Shown: positions 18,713-28,550 of the stretch, in pieces | Layout: each line of letters starts with the position of its first letter | Position numbering within the stretch: position 1 is the first letter of the stretch | Assembly (NCBI GenBank): GCA_020721865.1 | Contig: DYLW01000003.1 | Coordinates: 43,986-107,985 of the forward strand | Direction: 5' to 3' | From: Leptospira biflexa | Lineage (GTDB): Bacteria; Spirochaetota; Leptospiria; Turneriellales; DYLW01 | DNA length: 64,000 nt | Program-made: the position numbers and the translations under genes | The notes under the pieces: generated by a model | Told to the model about the DNA's origin: nothing | The model's database searches: none | Seen by the model: only the letters and a program-made list of their open reading frames with translations

Positions 18713-18744
18713 ATTTCAGAAATAATTCATCGGACGGGGAAAGA

Positions 18745-20337
18745 TTATGGAGAATCCAGAAGAACCACACCTTCATTTTTTTCCTGGAAATAATACAGGG
18801 AGGATTTATTCAGAAAAAACAAGACCGGTCTGTCCTGGTCATCCTTTCCGGGATGGACTCCGTGGGGCAGATATAATTTTTCCATTTCCTCATCCGGCAT
18901 TTTTTCCAGCCATCGCAATATGGTCCATTGTTTCTGCTCCAGGGTGGTCTCCACTCCATATTCATCTTTGAGACGGTACTGGAGCACCTCAAACTGGAGA
19001 GGTCCCACCGCACCCAGAAGAGGGACATTGCGCATATCATCTTTGGGATAAAAGCCCTGGACAATGTCTTCTGCCAGCAGGTGGGAAAGACCTTTGCGGT
19101 ATGCCTTCTGTCCGGAAACGGAATTACCCAGAAGGTATGCGAATACTTCCGGGGCGAAACGGGGTATTTCATTGTACAGGATTTCTTTGTCTTCCGTTAG
19201 GGTATCACCAATCCGGAAATCTGCGTTTGTAATGAATCCAATGATATCCCCGGCATATCCTTCATCCATGGTTTCCCGTTCCCGGCCAAATACGTTATGG
19301 GAATTGGATATACGGACTTCCCGTTCACTGCGTTGGTTATATACCGGCATATCCCGTGTAAATTTTCCGGAGCAGATCCGCACAAAGACCATCCTGTCTC
19401 TGTGTTGGGGGTTCATATTGGTCTGGATTTTAAAGACAAAACCGGAAAATTTAGGATGATCCAGCGGAATTTCCCTTTCCGCCACCTTGCGGGGGGTGGG
19501 TCCGGTGGAATGATCCAGAAACCAGTTCAGAAACATTTCAATGCCAAAGTTATTAGCCGCACTCCCAAAAAAAACCGGAGTGGCTTTCCCCGTCCGGAGG
19601 TCTTCCATGGAAAATCCGGAGTGGGCAATCTCGATGAGCTCCAGTTCCTCTCTTATCTGTGCCCAGGCGTTGTCCGTCAAATTTTCCCTGACCGATGGGT
19701 CATCCATTCCGTGAACGGAAACCGGAGCCCGGTATGCTCCTCCGGGGACTTTTTCAAAACTGTGGACAGACTTCTGGTAAATGTCGTATAATCCCCGGAA
19801 AGACGCTCCGCTATCCAATGGCCAGTTAATGGGGTAAGCACGCAATTGGAGCATCTTTTCAATCTGGTCCAGAAGTTCCAGGGGCGGCAGGGCAGGGCGG
19901 TCCAGCTTATTGATGAAAGTAAAAATGGGAATTCCTCGTTTGCTGCAAATTTCAAATAGTTTTAATGTCTGGCTTTCAATACCCTTGCCGCCGTCAATCA
20001 CCATGATCACGGCGTCCACGGCCATCAGTACGCGGTAAGTATCTTCAGAAAAATCCTTATGGCCGGGGGTGTCCAGAAGGTTCAGCTTAAAACCCAGGTA
20101 TTCAAACTGCAGAACGGTAGAGGAGATGGAAATTCCTCTTTTCTTTTCCAGCTCCATCCAATCGGAAGACGTTTCTTTCTGTTTTTTCTTTGCCGTCACA
20201 GAACCGGCCAGTTCAATGGCTCCCCCATATAAAAGCAGTTTCTCTGTGAGCGTGGTTTTCCCTGCGTCCGGGTGGGATATGATAGCAAAGGTTCTCCTGC
20301 GGGCGATTTCTGAATGCAGCCTGTCCGTTTTTTCCAT
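18745..20337 (-). CDS. prfC: Peptide chain release factor 3
   Basis: GTPase motifs HPDAGKTTLTEKLL, DTPGHKDF and NKLD. RF3-length protein. Trimmed to ATG 20337 (MEKTDRLHSEIARRRTFAII). Confidence 0.95.
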   Translation of the reverse strand: MEKTDRLHSEIARRRTFAIISHPDAGKTTLTEKLLLYGGAIELAGSVTAKKKQKETSSDWMELEKKRGISISSTVLQFEYLGFKLNLLDTPGHKDFSEDTYRVLMAVDAVIMVIDGGKGIESQTLKLFEICSKRGIPIFTFINKLDRPALPPLELLDQIEKMLQLRAYPINWPLDSGASFRGLYDIYQKSVHSFEKVPGGAYRAPVSVHGMDDPSVRENLTDNAWAQIREELELIEIAHSGFSMEDLRTGKATPVFFGSAANNFGIEMFLNWFLDHSTGPTPRKVAEREIPLDHPKFSGFVFKIQTNMNPQHRDRMVFVRICSGKFTRDMPVYNQRSEREVRISNSHNVFGRERETMDEGYAGDIIGFITNADFRIGDTLTEDKEILYNEIPRFAPEVFAYLLGNSVSGQKAYRKGLSHLLAEDIVQGFYPKDDMRNVPLLGAVGPLQFEVLQYRLKDEYGVETTLEQKQWTILRWLEKMPDEEMEKLYLPHGVHPGKDDQDRPVLFFLNKSSLYYFQEKNEGVVLLDSP

Positions 20338-20392
20338 GGAGATTGATTTTTTTTGCGGGGACAGAGCGAAAACCAAAAAAGAAAAAAGAACT

Positions 20393-21148
20393 CTATGGAT
20401 AATTCTGGCCGGTGGGCCGGACAATGATTTCAGAAATGTTCACATGCTCCGGCTGGGAGAGAATCCATTCAATGGAAGAGGCCACATCTTCCGGCTCCAG
20501 AAGTTTTCCATAAGCCGCCACCCCTTTTCCAAAATTTTCCTGCGTATACCCGGCCACTTCCTGGAATTCGCTGATCACCACTCCGGGCTTGACCAAGGTC
20601 ACTTTCACTCCGTGTGAGCAGAGCTCCCGCCGCAATGCCTCCGCCGCAGCCCCAATGGCAAATTTACTGGAGCCATAAAATCCGCTGAAGGGGGATATGT
20701 TATGCCCGGCCACGGATCCAATCACAATGATATCGCCACGGCCACGGACGCTCATGATTTCTCCGGCACGCCGCATAAGATAAGAAGCCCCCAAAACATT
20801 TACCATATACAGCTCTTTCCACTTCTTCGCATCCGATGTGAGGAGACTGCCGGCAAGCCCGCGACCGGCATTAACTAAAACGGCGTCAATGATTCCTCCG
20901 GATTTATCCCACGCCAGAGTGGTATCCAGCATGCGGTCAATGTCCTCTTCTTTCCCCGCATCTCCGGGGATGACCAGAGTATGCTCTCCATTGGGGTCGA
21001 TGTGCCTTGCCAGCTCCCGCAGTTTTTCCGCCCGGCGGGCAAAGAGTACCAGACGTGCACCTCGGGTTGCCAGAGAAACGGCAGTGGCCCAGCCGATGCC
21101 AGCACTGGCACCGGTGATAATAATGGTTTTTTGGGATAGATTGTCCAT
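20393..21148 (-). CDS. Short-chain dehydrogenase/reductase (classical SDR)
   Basis: TGASAGIG cofactor motif, NAG, and catalytic YGSSK (YxxxK). Confidence 0.85.
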   Translation of the reverse strand: MDNLSQKTIIITGASAGIGWATAVSLATRGARLVLFARRAEKLRELARHIDPNGEHTLVIPGDAGKEEDIDRMLDTTLAWDKSGGIIDAVLVNAGRGLAGSLLTSDAKKWKELYMVNVLGASYLMRRAGEIMSVRGRGDIIVIGSVAGHNISPFSGFYGSSKFAIGAAAEALRRELCSHGVKVTLVKPGVVISEFQEVAGYTQENFGKGVAAYGKLLEPEDVASSIEWILSQPEHVNISEIIVRPTGQNYP

Positions 21149-21186
21149 GGATTATGCTCAAGCCACCGTTGCCGACGTAAAGGAAA

Positions 21187-21358
21187 ATTAAGTAAGCTCT
21201 GAAAAAGTTTTCAGAGCTTACTTCCGGTACATGGATGTACCGGCATTTTGCGGAGAAAACGTATGTTTTCGCAGCAAAATGGAGCAAAACAGCTGGCTTT
21301 GCCAGGGTTTTGCGATCTGAAAAAGTCCACGGAGGGACTTTTTCAGAGGTTACTTAAT
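21187..21358. repeat. 172-bp compound palindromic (MITE-like) element with 21-nt terminal inverted repeats and five stacked hairpins
   Basis: The TIR ATTAAGTAAGCTCTGAAAAAG (21187-21207) matches the reverse complement of 21338-21358 at 20 of 21 positions. Hairpins: 21190-21223 (perfect 16-bp stem), 21224-21243 (8 bp), 21244-21281 (8-bp outer plus 6-bp inner), 21284-21313 (7-bp outer plus 5-bp inner), 21317-21346 (12 bp). The right TIR supplies the nadC stop codon. Confidence 0.7.
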
Positions 21359-22241
21359 AGACCAGAAGGGAAAAATCCACGGGAATAATATTGGAGGTCA
21401 TGGCTCCGATGCTGACAAAATCCACTCCGGTACCTTCCAGTCTATTGACATTATCATAATTAAAACCACCGGAGGCTTCAGAATAAATACGGCAGGCATT
21501 GGCTTTGTTGAATTCCCGGATGACGGACACGCATTCCGAAATCATAGGCGTGATCATATTATCCAGGAGGATAAAATCCGGCTTTTCCGGAAGGGCCTGC
21601 TTCAACTCTTCCATGGATTCCACTTCCACTTCCAGAATTTTATCCGGGTATTTTGCTTTAAATTTCCGAATGGCGTTTTTTACACCGCCGGCGTGCAGGA
21701 TGTGATTTTCCTTGATGAGTCCCATATCTCCCAGGGATATCCTGTGATTGTGTCCACCACCCTGTATGACGGAATATTTGGAAAGTCGCCGGAACCCGGG
21801 AAGAGTTTTACGAGTATCAATGGGAAGGATATCCCATCTCTCCAGTTTTTCCACAATCCTTCTGGTCTGGGTGGCAATTCCGCTCATAGCTCCCAGAAAA
21901 TTCAGGGCAATCCTTTCCCCCCTCAAAATGGATTGGATATTACCGTGGATTTCCATGACGGTGTCCGCTTTTGTGAGGGCATCCCCATCTTTCTTTATTT
22001 CTGTAATACGGATCTGTGGATCCACTGCTTCATAAGTCCAGCGAACCATATCTGTCCCGGATAATACGCCGGTTTCTGATTTCATGATAACCCGGGCGTC
22101 GGCTTCCTCTGGTTGATCAAAAACAGAAAAGGTGGTTATATCTTCATCGGCTTCATCTTCTTTTAATGCACATACAATGAGCTGGGCAATATCTTCTTTG
22201 TGCAGTTTTTTCACCGGATTGGTATAGCCTTTTCTGATCAT
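21354..22241 (-). CDS. nadC: Nicotinate-nucleotide pyrophosphorylase (quinolinate phosphoribosyltransferase)
   Basis: Motifs LKEDEADEDITT, LNFLGAMSGIAT, DTRKTLPGFR, GGGHNHR and LLDNM. ATG 22241 preferred over the TTG at 22274. Confidence 0.9.
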   Translation of the reverse strand: MIRKGYTNPVKKLHKEDIAQLIVCALKEDEADEDITTFSVFDQPEEADARVIMKSETGVLSGTDMVRWTYEAVDPQIRITEIKKDGDALTKADTVMEIHGNIQSILRGERIALNFLGAMSGIATQTRRIVEKLERWDILPIDTRKTLPGFRRLSKYSVIQGGGHNHRISLGDMGLIKENHILHAGGVKNAIRKFKAKYPDKILEVEVESMEELKQALPEKPDFILLDNMITPMISECVSVIREFNKANACRIYSEASGGFNYDNVNRLEGTGVDFVSIGAMTSNIIPVDFSLLVY

Positions 22242-22280
22242 GGGTAAAATTCTGGATTTGTTGGAGACCGGCAAGTTTTT

Positions 22281-23053
22281 TTATGGCAGAGGATTATCCT
22301 CCGGCTCGTAAAAACGAACATCCCAGAGATGCCGGGGTTCCAGTCTGCTCAATGCTCTCCTGGCCGATGCGAGGAAATACGGATTGCGTTTCCCTTCTTC
22401 CCGCATCCAGATTTTTATACGTTCTCTTTCCCTGTTTCTTTCCACCGGACAGAGGGAACAGCCCATAACCGGAATGGCCAATCGGGTTGAGATGAAAGCT
22501 ACCTCCTCCTCATCTGCGTATATGAGAGGTCGAATCACCGTGTTCCCATCCTCTGCAAGCATACGGGGTGCCATGGCCGCCAATCTTCCGGTATAAAATA
22601 GATTCAGAAATAAAGTTTCCAGGGCGTCATTGGCATGATGCCCCAAGGCGATTTTATTAAAATGCTTCTCTTTTGCTGTTTTGTAAAGATAACCCCGCCG
22701 CAGACGGGAACAGAGGGAACATCCGGGTTTTCCTTCCGGAATTTTTTCCTGAATCACAGAAATTAAATTTTCCCGTAAAAAAAGATAGGGCACTCCCAGA
22801 GATTCAAAATAAAGCCGCAAAGGCTCCGGATTAAACGACGGAATCCCAAAATCCAGATTGACTGCGGTTAGAGAAAAAGAGACGGGGCTTTTTTTTTTAG
22901 ATCGGATAAAACCCGGAGCATGGTCATGGAATCTTTCCCCCCGGAAACGGCGACAAGGATATTATCGCCGTTTCCAATCAGGGAAAAATCTTCAATGGCC
23001 CGGCCTGCCTTATGCAAAAGTTTTTTATAGGCTTTACGGGTTTGGGAATCCAT
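22281..23053 (-). pseudogene. ttcA: tRNA 2-thiocytidine synthetase TtcA-family gene interrupted by a frameshift in an A10 run
   Basis: The N-terminal piece (22868..23053) carries the PP-loop VAVSGGKDS. The C-terminal piece (22281..about 22870, other frame) reads SLTAVNLDFG..GCSLCSRLRRGYLY..ALGHHANDALETLFLN..VIRPL..GCSLCP. The frames switch at a run of 10 T on the plus strand (22889-22898). An 11th A would give LKKKSPVSFSLTAVNLD in one frame. Confidence 0.8.
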
Positions 23054-23057
23054 TGTT

Positions 23058-24470
23058 TTATTTTCGCTGGAGAATATCTCTGTGCAGGATTTTCATTGCT
23101 TCATCAGACTGGTCAAAAGTCACAACAAAACTGATGGAAAGCTCACTGGCTCCCTGGCTGATGAGGACAATGTTAATGTTATTTTTTCCCATCAGAGAGA
23201 AAATTTCCCCGGCAATACCAATCTTATGCTGCATCCCATGACCGATGATGGAAATGGAAGAAAGATTCTTTAGAGTACTCACATTTCCAAAAACGGAAAG
23301 ATCTTTTTCCAGAGCGGAGAGTTTTTCGTCATTCAGATCAGAGATGGTAAATGAAATGGAAACCTCGGACGTGGCCATTAAATCAATGCTGATTTTATGG
23401 TTGTAAAAAACCTGTGCCACTTTATAGAAAAATCCCGGGGCTTCCAGCATCCGGTTCGATTCAATGGAAACTACCGTGATGTTATTTTTGCGTGTAAGAG
23501 CCTTTCCCACACCCACAGTGGAGGGTTTCTGTTCTTTACTGACCAGAGTTCCCGCTCCTGGTGGATTCAGGACATTTTTTACCCGGATGGGTATTTCTTT
23601 GCGAATACAGGGTTCCATTGTACGGGGATGGATAGCCTCTGTTCCAAAAAAGGTGAGTTCCGCTGCTTCCGCATAGGAAATCTGCTCCAGAACATGGGCT
23701 TCCGGAATCTTGCGGGGATCAGAGGAAAAAATCCCATCCACTTCTTTCCAGATTTCCAAGGATTTTGCCCCGGAGCCGGCGGCTGCCAGAGCGGCAGTAT
23801 AGTCCGTGTACCCCCGGCCAATGCTTTCCACAATGCCGCCGGGAATTTTTCCTATGTATCCGGTCATAATGAGGATTTTTGCCATCCCGGATTCTTTCTG
23901 GATGAGGTCTCCCAGCCGGTTTTCCATATCCCGGAAGAAAGCGGAGTCCAGCTCATCCACATGGTCTTTGGGCTGGAGATTTTTCAGATTCAGAAACCGG
24001 GCGATGGTCTTTCCGGATTTTGCGTTGATAACTCCGGTCAGAATCCGTGCGGAAAGGATTTCCCCCAAGGCAATGACCCGGTCCCGGGAACGCGGAGAAA
24101 TTTCCTGAATTTCCGCAAGGGCTTTGGTAAATGATTCCAAGGATTTCAATTCCTCGTTCACAAAGTGGACCAGTTCTTCTTTAATGGTATGGACATCTAC
24201 CGTATGCTCAATCATATTGAGATGGAACCGGGAGATATCTGCGATGGTATCTTCAATGGTCTTAATATCTGATTCCCGGGCCGCGTCCAGTATCTGGATC
24301 AGCCGGGAGGTTGTCCCTTCTGCTTTGGTGGTTCCGCTCATTGCGGATACCGCTACCCCAATATTGGCATTCGCAGCCGAATCGAGGATGATCTGGGAAA
24401 CTTTTCCAAGTCTTTCAGGGGTGCCCACGGAGGTGCCCCCAAACTTAAGTATTTTTTCAATGGAAGCCAT
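23058..24470 (-). CDS. lysC: Aspartate kinase
   Basis: KFGGTSVGT N-terminal motif, a kinase core (GRGYTDYTAA) and a C-terminal ACT-like region. Trimmed to ATG 24470 (MASIEKILKFGG). Confidence 0.9.
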   Translation of the reverse strand: MASIEKILKFGGTSVGTPERLGKVSQIILDSAANANIGVAVSAMSGTTKAEGTTSRLIQILDAARESDIKTIEDTIADISRFHLNMIEHTVDVHTIKEELVHFVNEELKSLESFTKALAEIQEISPRSRDRVIALGEILSARILTGVINAKSGKTIARFLNLKNLQPKDHVDELDSAFFRDMENRLGDLIQKESGMAKILIMTGYIGKIPGGIVESIGRGYTDYTAALAAAGSGAKSLEIWKEVDGIFSSDPRKIPEAHVLEQISYAEAAELTFFGTEAIHPRTMEPCIRKEIPIRVKNVLNPPGAGTLVSKEQKPSTVGVGKALTRKNNITVVSIESNRMLEAPGFFYKVAQVFYNHKISIDLMATSEVSISFTISDLNDEKLSALEKDLSVFGNVSTLKNLSSISIIGHGMQHKIGIAGEIFSLMGKNNINIVLISQGASELSISFVVTFDQSDEAMKILHRDILQRK

Positions 24471-24515
24471 AATAGGCCAGAAAAAAAACGTGGCCATCTC
24501 CGTAAAGATATTTCT

Positions 24516-24889
24516 CTATTTATGGGTAGTTTTTAACATTTTTGTGCAATCCATAAAATGGTGTTCAAAGACCGCTCCAATGAGCAGGCAGTCTTTATAC
24601 TGGACACCCACGCTGGAGCCGGAAATTTCCTTCCCCGTATTCATGTAGATGTTCTTCGCAGAAATATCCCCGGTCTCTGTCTCCTCCAGCCGAATAATCT
24701 GGGAAGTTGTCTGGTTGCTTTTCTGTAATGAATCCCGTTTGCGAATAAAAACCCATCGGCGGGAATGGAAAATCCGGTTCCGTCATAGCAGGCCAACGGA
24801 TTGGTATATTCCATCCAAAAATCCCCTTTTCTTCCTGGCTTTTCGGGTTTATCCGGAAAAAAAACGGTTAGATTGAATCCATCTGGCAA
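24516..24889 (-). pseudogene. Possible decayed ORF of unknown function, in three frame segments
   Basis: Protein-like minus-strand segments lie in three frames: ..FWMEYTNPLACYDGTGFSIPADGFLFANG / FITEKQPDNFPDYSAGGDRDRGYFCEEHLHEYGEGNFRLQRGCPV / KDCLLIGAVFEHHFMDCTKMLKTTHK. No family recognised. Confidence 0.3.
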
Positions 24890-25009
24890 TTATATATTGA
24901 CGCAAAGTCTGGAAAGGTTGATCTATCCATCCGTTTGGCTTATGTGACATAAATCCATGATAACGAACCAATCCTTTGGGCCGGGCGGAATAAAAAAACA
25001 GGAAAATAT

Positions 25010-28000
25010 ATGAAAATTCAACCATATTTTACGCAGGACAACCCAGATTTATATAAAGATATCGTTTTTGAGAAACGGACATCCCGGATCACCAATATGG
25101 ACGGTTCCGTGGGATTTGAAGTGAATGACGTGGAGGTGCCGTCTTCCTGGTCGCAGGTGGCCACGGATATTCTGGCACAGAAATACTTCCGGAAGGCAAT
25201 GGTTCCCAAATATTTAAAGAAAATTCCGGAAGAGGGCATTCCGGACTGGCTCCAGAGAAGCGTTCCCCATGAAGAAAAACTCTCCAAACTCCCCCCGGAA
25301 GAACGTTACGGCCGGGAACACAGCGTAAAAGCGGTGGTACACCGTTTGGCCGGGACCTGGACATACTGGGGCTATAAATACCATTATTTTACCACGGAAG
25401 AGGATGCTATAGTCTTTTACCGGGAACTTTCTTTTATGTTGCTCCACCAGATGGCCGCACCCAATTCTCCCCAATGGTTCAATACCGGACTTTTCTGGGC
25501 CTATGGCATTGACGGACCCTCCCAGGGCCATTATTATGTGGATCCGGAGACGGAAAAACTGACGCTTTCCAAATCGGCCTATGAGCACCCCCAGCCGCAC
25601 GCATGTTTTATCCAGTCTGTGGAAGATGATCTGGTGAATCCCGGCGGAATTATGGATTTATGGCTCCGGGAAGCCCGCCTTTTTAAATATGGCTCCGGTA
25701 CCGGCAGCAATTTTTCCGCAATCCGGGGAGCCGAGGAAAGTCTTTCCGGAGGAGGGAAAAGCAGTGGCCTGATGAGTTTTCTGAAGATTGGGGATTCCGC
25801 CGCCGGGGCCATTAAATCCGGAGGAACCACCCGGCGTGCCGCAAAAATGGTGATTCTGAACGTTGACCATCCGGATATTGAGGAATTCATCGACTGGAAA
25901 CTCAAAGAAGAGAATAAAGTGGCGGCTCTGGTGACTGGCTCCAATATGATCCGTTCTGTTCTGAAGGAACTGTTTGAAGCGGTGGCCGGGGTGGATGAAA
26001 ACCCCTCCCTTCTGGATGTGAAACAGAACGCTGCTTATGCACGGGTCCTGCAGAAAGCCAGAGATTTGGCTATTCCGGAAACCTATCTCAACCGCATAGT
26101 GGAGCTGGCCCGGCAGGGTGTCCGGGAGGTGGAGTTTGAGGCCTATAACACGGATTTCAACAGCGAAGCGTATTCCACGGTCACCGGCCAGAATTCCAAC
26201 AATACAGTGCGGATGACGAACGCTTTTCTGAAGGCCGTGGAAGAAAACGGGACATGGGATCTGGTATACCGGTCCAATAAAAAAATAAAAAGATCCGTCT
26301 CCGCACGGGAGCTTATGGATAAAATCTCCTATGCCGCGTGGTCAGTGGCCGATCCTGGCCTCCAGTACGACACAACCATAAACGAGTGGCACACCTGTCT
26401 GAGTGACGGGCCCATCAACGCCTCCAACCCCTGCAGTGAATACATGTTTCTGGATGATACCGCCTGTAATCTGGCTTCCCTGAATCTCATCAAATTCTAT
26501 GAGGAAAAAACGGGAAAATTTAAACTGGAAGATTACCGCCATGCCATTCGTCTGTGGAGCGTGGTGCTGGATATTTCCGTGACCATGGCCCAGTTCCCGT
26601 ATAAAAAAATGGCGGAAATGTCCTTCAAATACCGTACTCTGGGATTGGGCTATGCGAACTTAGGTGCCTTGTTGATGATCAATGGAATTCCCTATGCGTC
26701 CAACAAAGCAAATGCTCTGACCCGTCTTTTAAATGGAATCATGACCGGAGTGGTGTATGAAACCTCCGCAGAAATGGCAAAAGAGCTGGGGACATTTCCC
26801 GGATATGCAAAAAACCGGGAGGATATGCTGCGGGTGATGAGAAACCATCGACGGGTTGCGTACCACGCCGATGCAGAAGAATATGAAAACCTCACCATTA
26901 CTCCCATGGAAATTCCGGAAAAATTCTGTGATCCGGAGCTTTCCGCAGCACTGAAACAGATCTGGGACAATGTGGTGGAAATGGGGGAAAAATACGGATT
27001 CCGTAATGCCCAGGCCACGGCCATTGCACCCACCGGGACCATCGGGCTTTTGATGGACTGCGATACCACCGGAATTGAGCCGGATTTTGCTATAGTAAAA
27101 TTTAAAAAACTGGCCGGAGGGGGGTATTTTAAGATCATCAATCGTTCTGTTCCTCCCGCACTGAAAAAATTGGGCTATTCGGATAAACAGATCGCGGAAA
27201 TCCAGGATTATGTTCTGGGTGTTCCTTCGTTCCGGAATTCCCCTTATATAAATGCAGAATCCCTAAAAGCAAAAGGTTTTACGGATGAAATCATCGAACG
27301 CATGGAAGACCAGTTGGCCTCCGCTTTTGATTTGAATTTTGTTTTTAGCCGATACAGCATTGGCGAGGCGTTTATCAAAAAAGAGCTGAAAATACCGGAA
27401 GAGGAGCTGAATACTCCGGAATTTAATCTTCTGGCCAGAATTGGTTTCACAAAAACGGAGATTGACGCCGCCAATGAGTTTATCTGCGGAACCATGACCA
27501 TTGAGGGAGCTCCGCATATCAAAGAGGAACATCTGCCGGTGTTTGACTGTGCGAATAAAAACGGGCGGAAAGGCCAGCGGTATATTCCTTACAAATCCCA
27601 TATCCAGATTATGGCCGCCGCACAGCCGTTTGTATCCGGTGCCATATCCAAAACCATCAATATGCCGCACAACGCCACCATAGAAGAAGTGAAGAGTGTG
27701 TATCTTTCTTCCTGGAAAATGATGATCAAGGCAAACACGGTATACCGGGACGGTTCCAAACTTTCCCAGCCACTTTCCACTTTTGGCGGGACATTGTTTG
27801 AGTCTCTGGATGAGGTGCGGGATCTTCTGGAAGCCCCCATGGCTGCCCAGTCCAAAGCTATGGCAGAAAAAATTGTCTACCGCTATATTGGGGAAAGACG
27901 GAAACTGCCCCAGAGACGGAAAGGATATACCCAGAAAGCATACGTGGCCGGTCATAAAGTGTATATCCGTACCGGAGAATATGAAGACGGCCGGTTAGGG

Positions 28001-28540
28001 GAAATCTTTCTGGATATGTACAAAGAAGGAGCCGCATTCCGCAGTATGATGAATGGTTTTGCGATAGCAATATCCCTGGGCCTCCAGTATGGGGTTCCTC
28101 TGGAGGAATTTGTGGACGCGTTTGTTTTTACCAAATTTGAGCCCAATGGAGTGGTAACCGGGCATGACCGGATTAAAATGGTGACATCCGTGATGGATTA
28201 CGTTTTCCGGGAATTAGCCATAACCTATTTGGACCGCCATGATCTGGCCCATGTGAAGCCAGAGGACCTGATGGATGAAAAACCACGGGCTGGGTACCGG
28301 GAGAGCCAGACCATCCAGACAATGACCGGGGAAGACATTCCGCAACGCGAACGGGATGGAAAACCATCGGCAGGGAATACGTTGGTGGCGGTTAAACCAT
28401 CGGTCAAAAAGCAGGTGGAGATGGCAAAAATGAAGGGATATGAAGGAGAAGCCTGTCCGGAATGCGGGGCCTGGACTATGATCCGCAACGGTTCCTGTTT
28501 AAAATGTGACACCTGCGGTGCCACCACCGGTTGTTCGTGA
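25010..28540 (+). CDS. nrdJ: Adenosylcobalamin-dependent (class II) ribonucleotide reductase
   Basis: Motifs [21 protein letters not shown] and [18 protein letters not shown]-terminal zinc-ribbon-like [22 protein letters not shown]. 1176 aa, long-form NrdJ. Confidence 0.95.
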   Translation: MKIQPYFTQDNPDLYKDIVFEKRTSRITNMDGSVGFEVNDVEVPSSWSQVATDILAQKYFRKAMVPKYLKKIPEEGIPDWLQRSVPHEEKLSKLPPEERYGREHSVKAVVHRLAGTWTYWGYKYHYFTTEEDAIVFYRELSFMLLHQMAAPNSPQWFNTGLFWAYGIDGPSQGHYYVDPETEKLTLSKSAYEHPQPHACFIQSVEDDLVNPGGIMDLWLREARLFKYGSGTGSNFSAIRGAEESLSGGGKSSGLMSFLKIGDSAAGAIKSGGTTRRAAKMVILNVDHPDIEEFIDWKLKEENKVAALVTGSNMIRSVLKELFEAVAGVDENPSLLDVKQNAAYARVLQKARDLAIPETYLNRIVELARQGVREVEFEAYNTDFNSEAYSTVTGQNSNNTVRMTNAFLKAVEENGTWDLVYRSNKKIKRSVSARELMDKISYAAWSVADPGLQYDTTINEWHTCLSDGPINASNPCSEYMFLDDTACNLASLNLIKFYEEKTGKFKLEDYRHAIRLWSVVLDISVTMAQFPYKKMAEMSFKYRTLGLGYANLGALLMINGIPYASNKANALTRLLNGIMTGVVYETSAEMAKELGTFPGYAKNREDMLRVMRNHRRVAYHADAEEYENLTITPMEIPEKFCDPELSAALKQIWDNVVEMGEKYGFRNAQATAIAPTGTIGLLMDCDTTGIEPDFAIVKFKKLAGGGYFKIINRSVPPALKKLGYSDKQIAEIQDYVLGVPSFRNSPYINAESLKAKGFTDEIIERMEDQLASAFDLNFVFSRYSIGEAFIKKELKIPEEELNTPEFNLLARIGFTKTEIDAANEFICGTMTIEGAPHIKEEHLPVFDCANKNGRKGQRYIPYKSHIQIMAAAQPFVSGAISKTINMPHNATIEEVKSVYLSSWKMMIKANTVYRDGSKLSQPLSTFGGTLFESLDEVRDLLEAPMAAQSKAMAEKIVYRYIGERRKLPQRRKGYTQKAYVAGHKVYIRTGEYEDGRLGEIFLDMYKEGAAFRSMMNGFAIAISLGLQYGVPLEEFVDAFVFTKFEPNGVVTGHDRIKMVTSVMDYVFRELAITYLDRHDLAHVKPEDLMDEKPRAGYRESQTIQTMTGEDIPQRERDGKPSAGNTLVAVKPSVKKQVEMAKMKGYEGEACPECGAWTMIRNGSCLKCDTCGATTGCS

Positions 28541-28550
28541 TGGAGTAAAA

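Noticed and set aside
16770-18744. Genomic island integrated at tRNA-Leu.
   Set aside because: There is no integrase or recombinase, and I saw no direct repeat of the tRNA 3' end. The odd gene lies on the 5' side of the tRNA, whereas integrative elements usually sit at the 3' side. Only the single-gene oddity is retained as a finding.
21187-21358. 6S RNA or SRP RNA in the hairpin-rich spacer.
   Set aside because: 6S RNA is one long interrupted helix with a central bubble, and SRP RNA has a conserved domain IV motif. This region is a string of independent perfect local hairpins with no such motifs.
24471-25009. Lysine riboswitch for aspartokinase, cobalamin riboswitch, or tandem NrdR boxes for nrdJ.
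   Set aside because: The hallmark L-box and B12-box strings were not found on either strand. There is only one weak AT-rich near-palindrome, and no second box at the 31-32 bp spacing typical of NrdR. A covariance-model scan is needed for a definitive answer.
25010-28540. Possible intein in the 1176-aa NrdJ.
   Set aside because: The length fits long-form class II RNRs. The sequence runs continuously through RNR motifs, with no intein splice-junction blocks (no Cys/Ser-start block and no HN-C/S/T end block) that I could spot.
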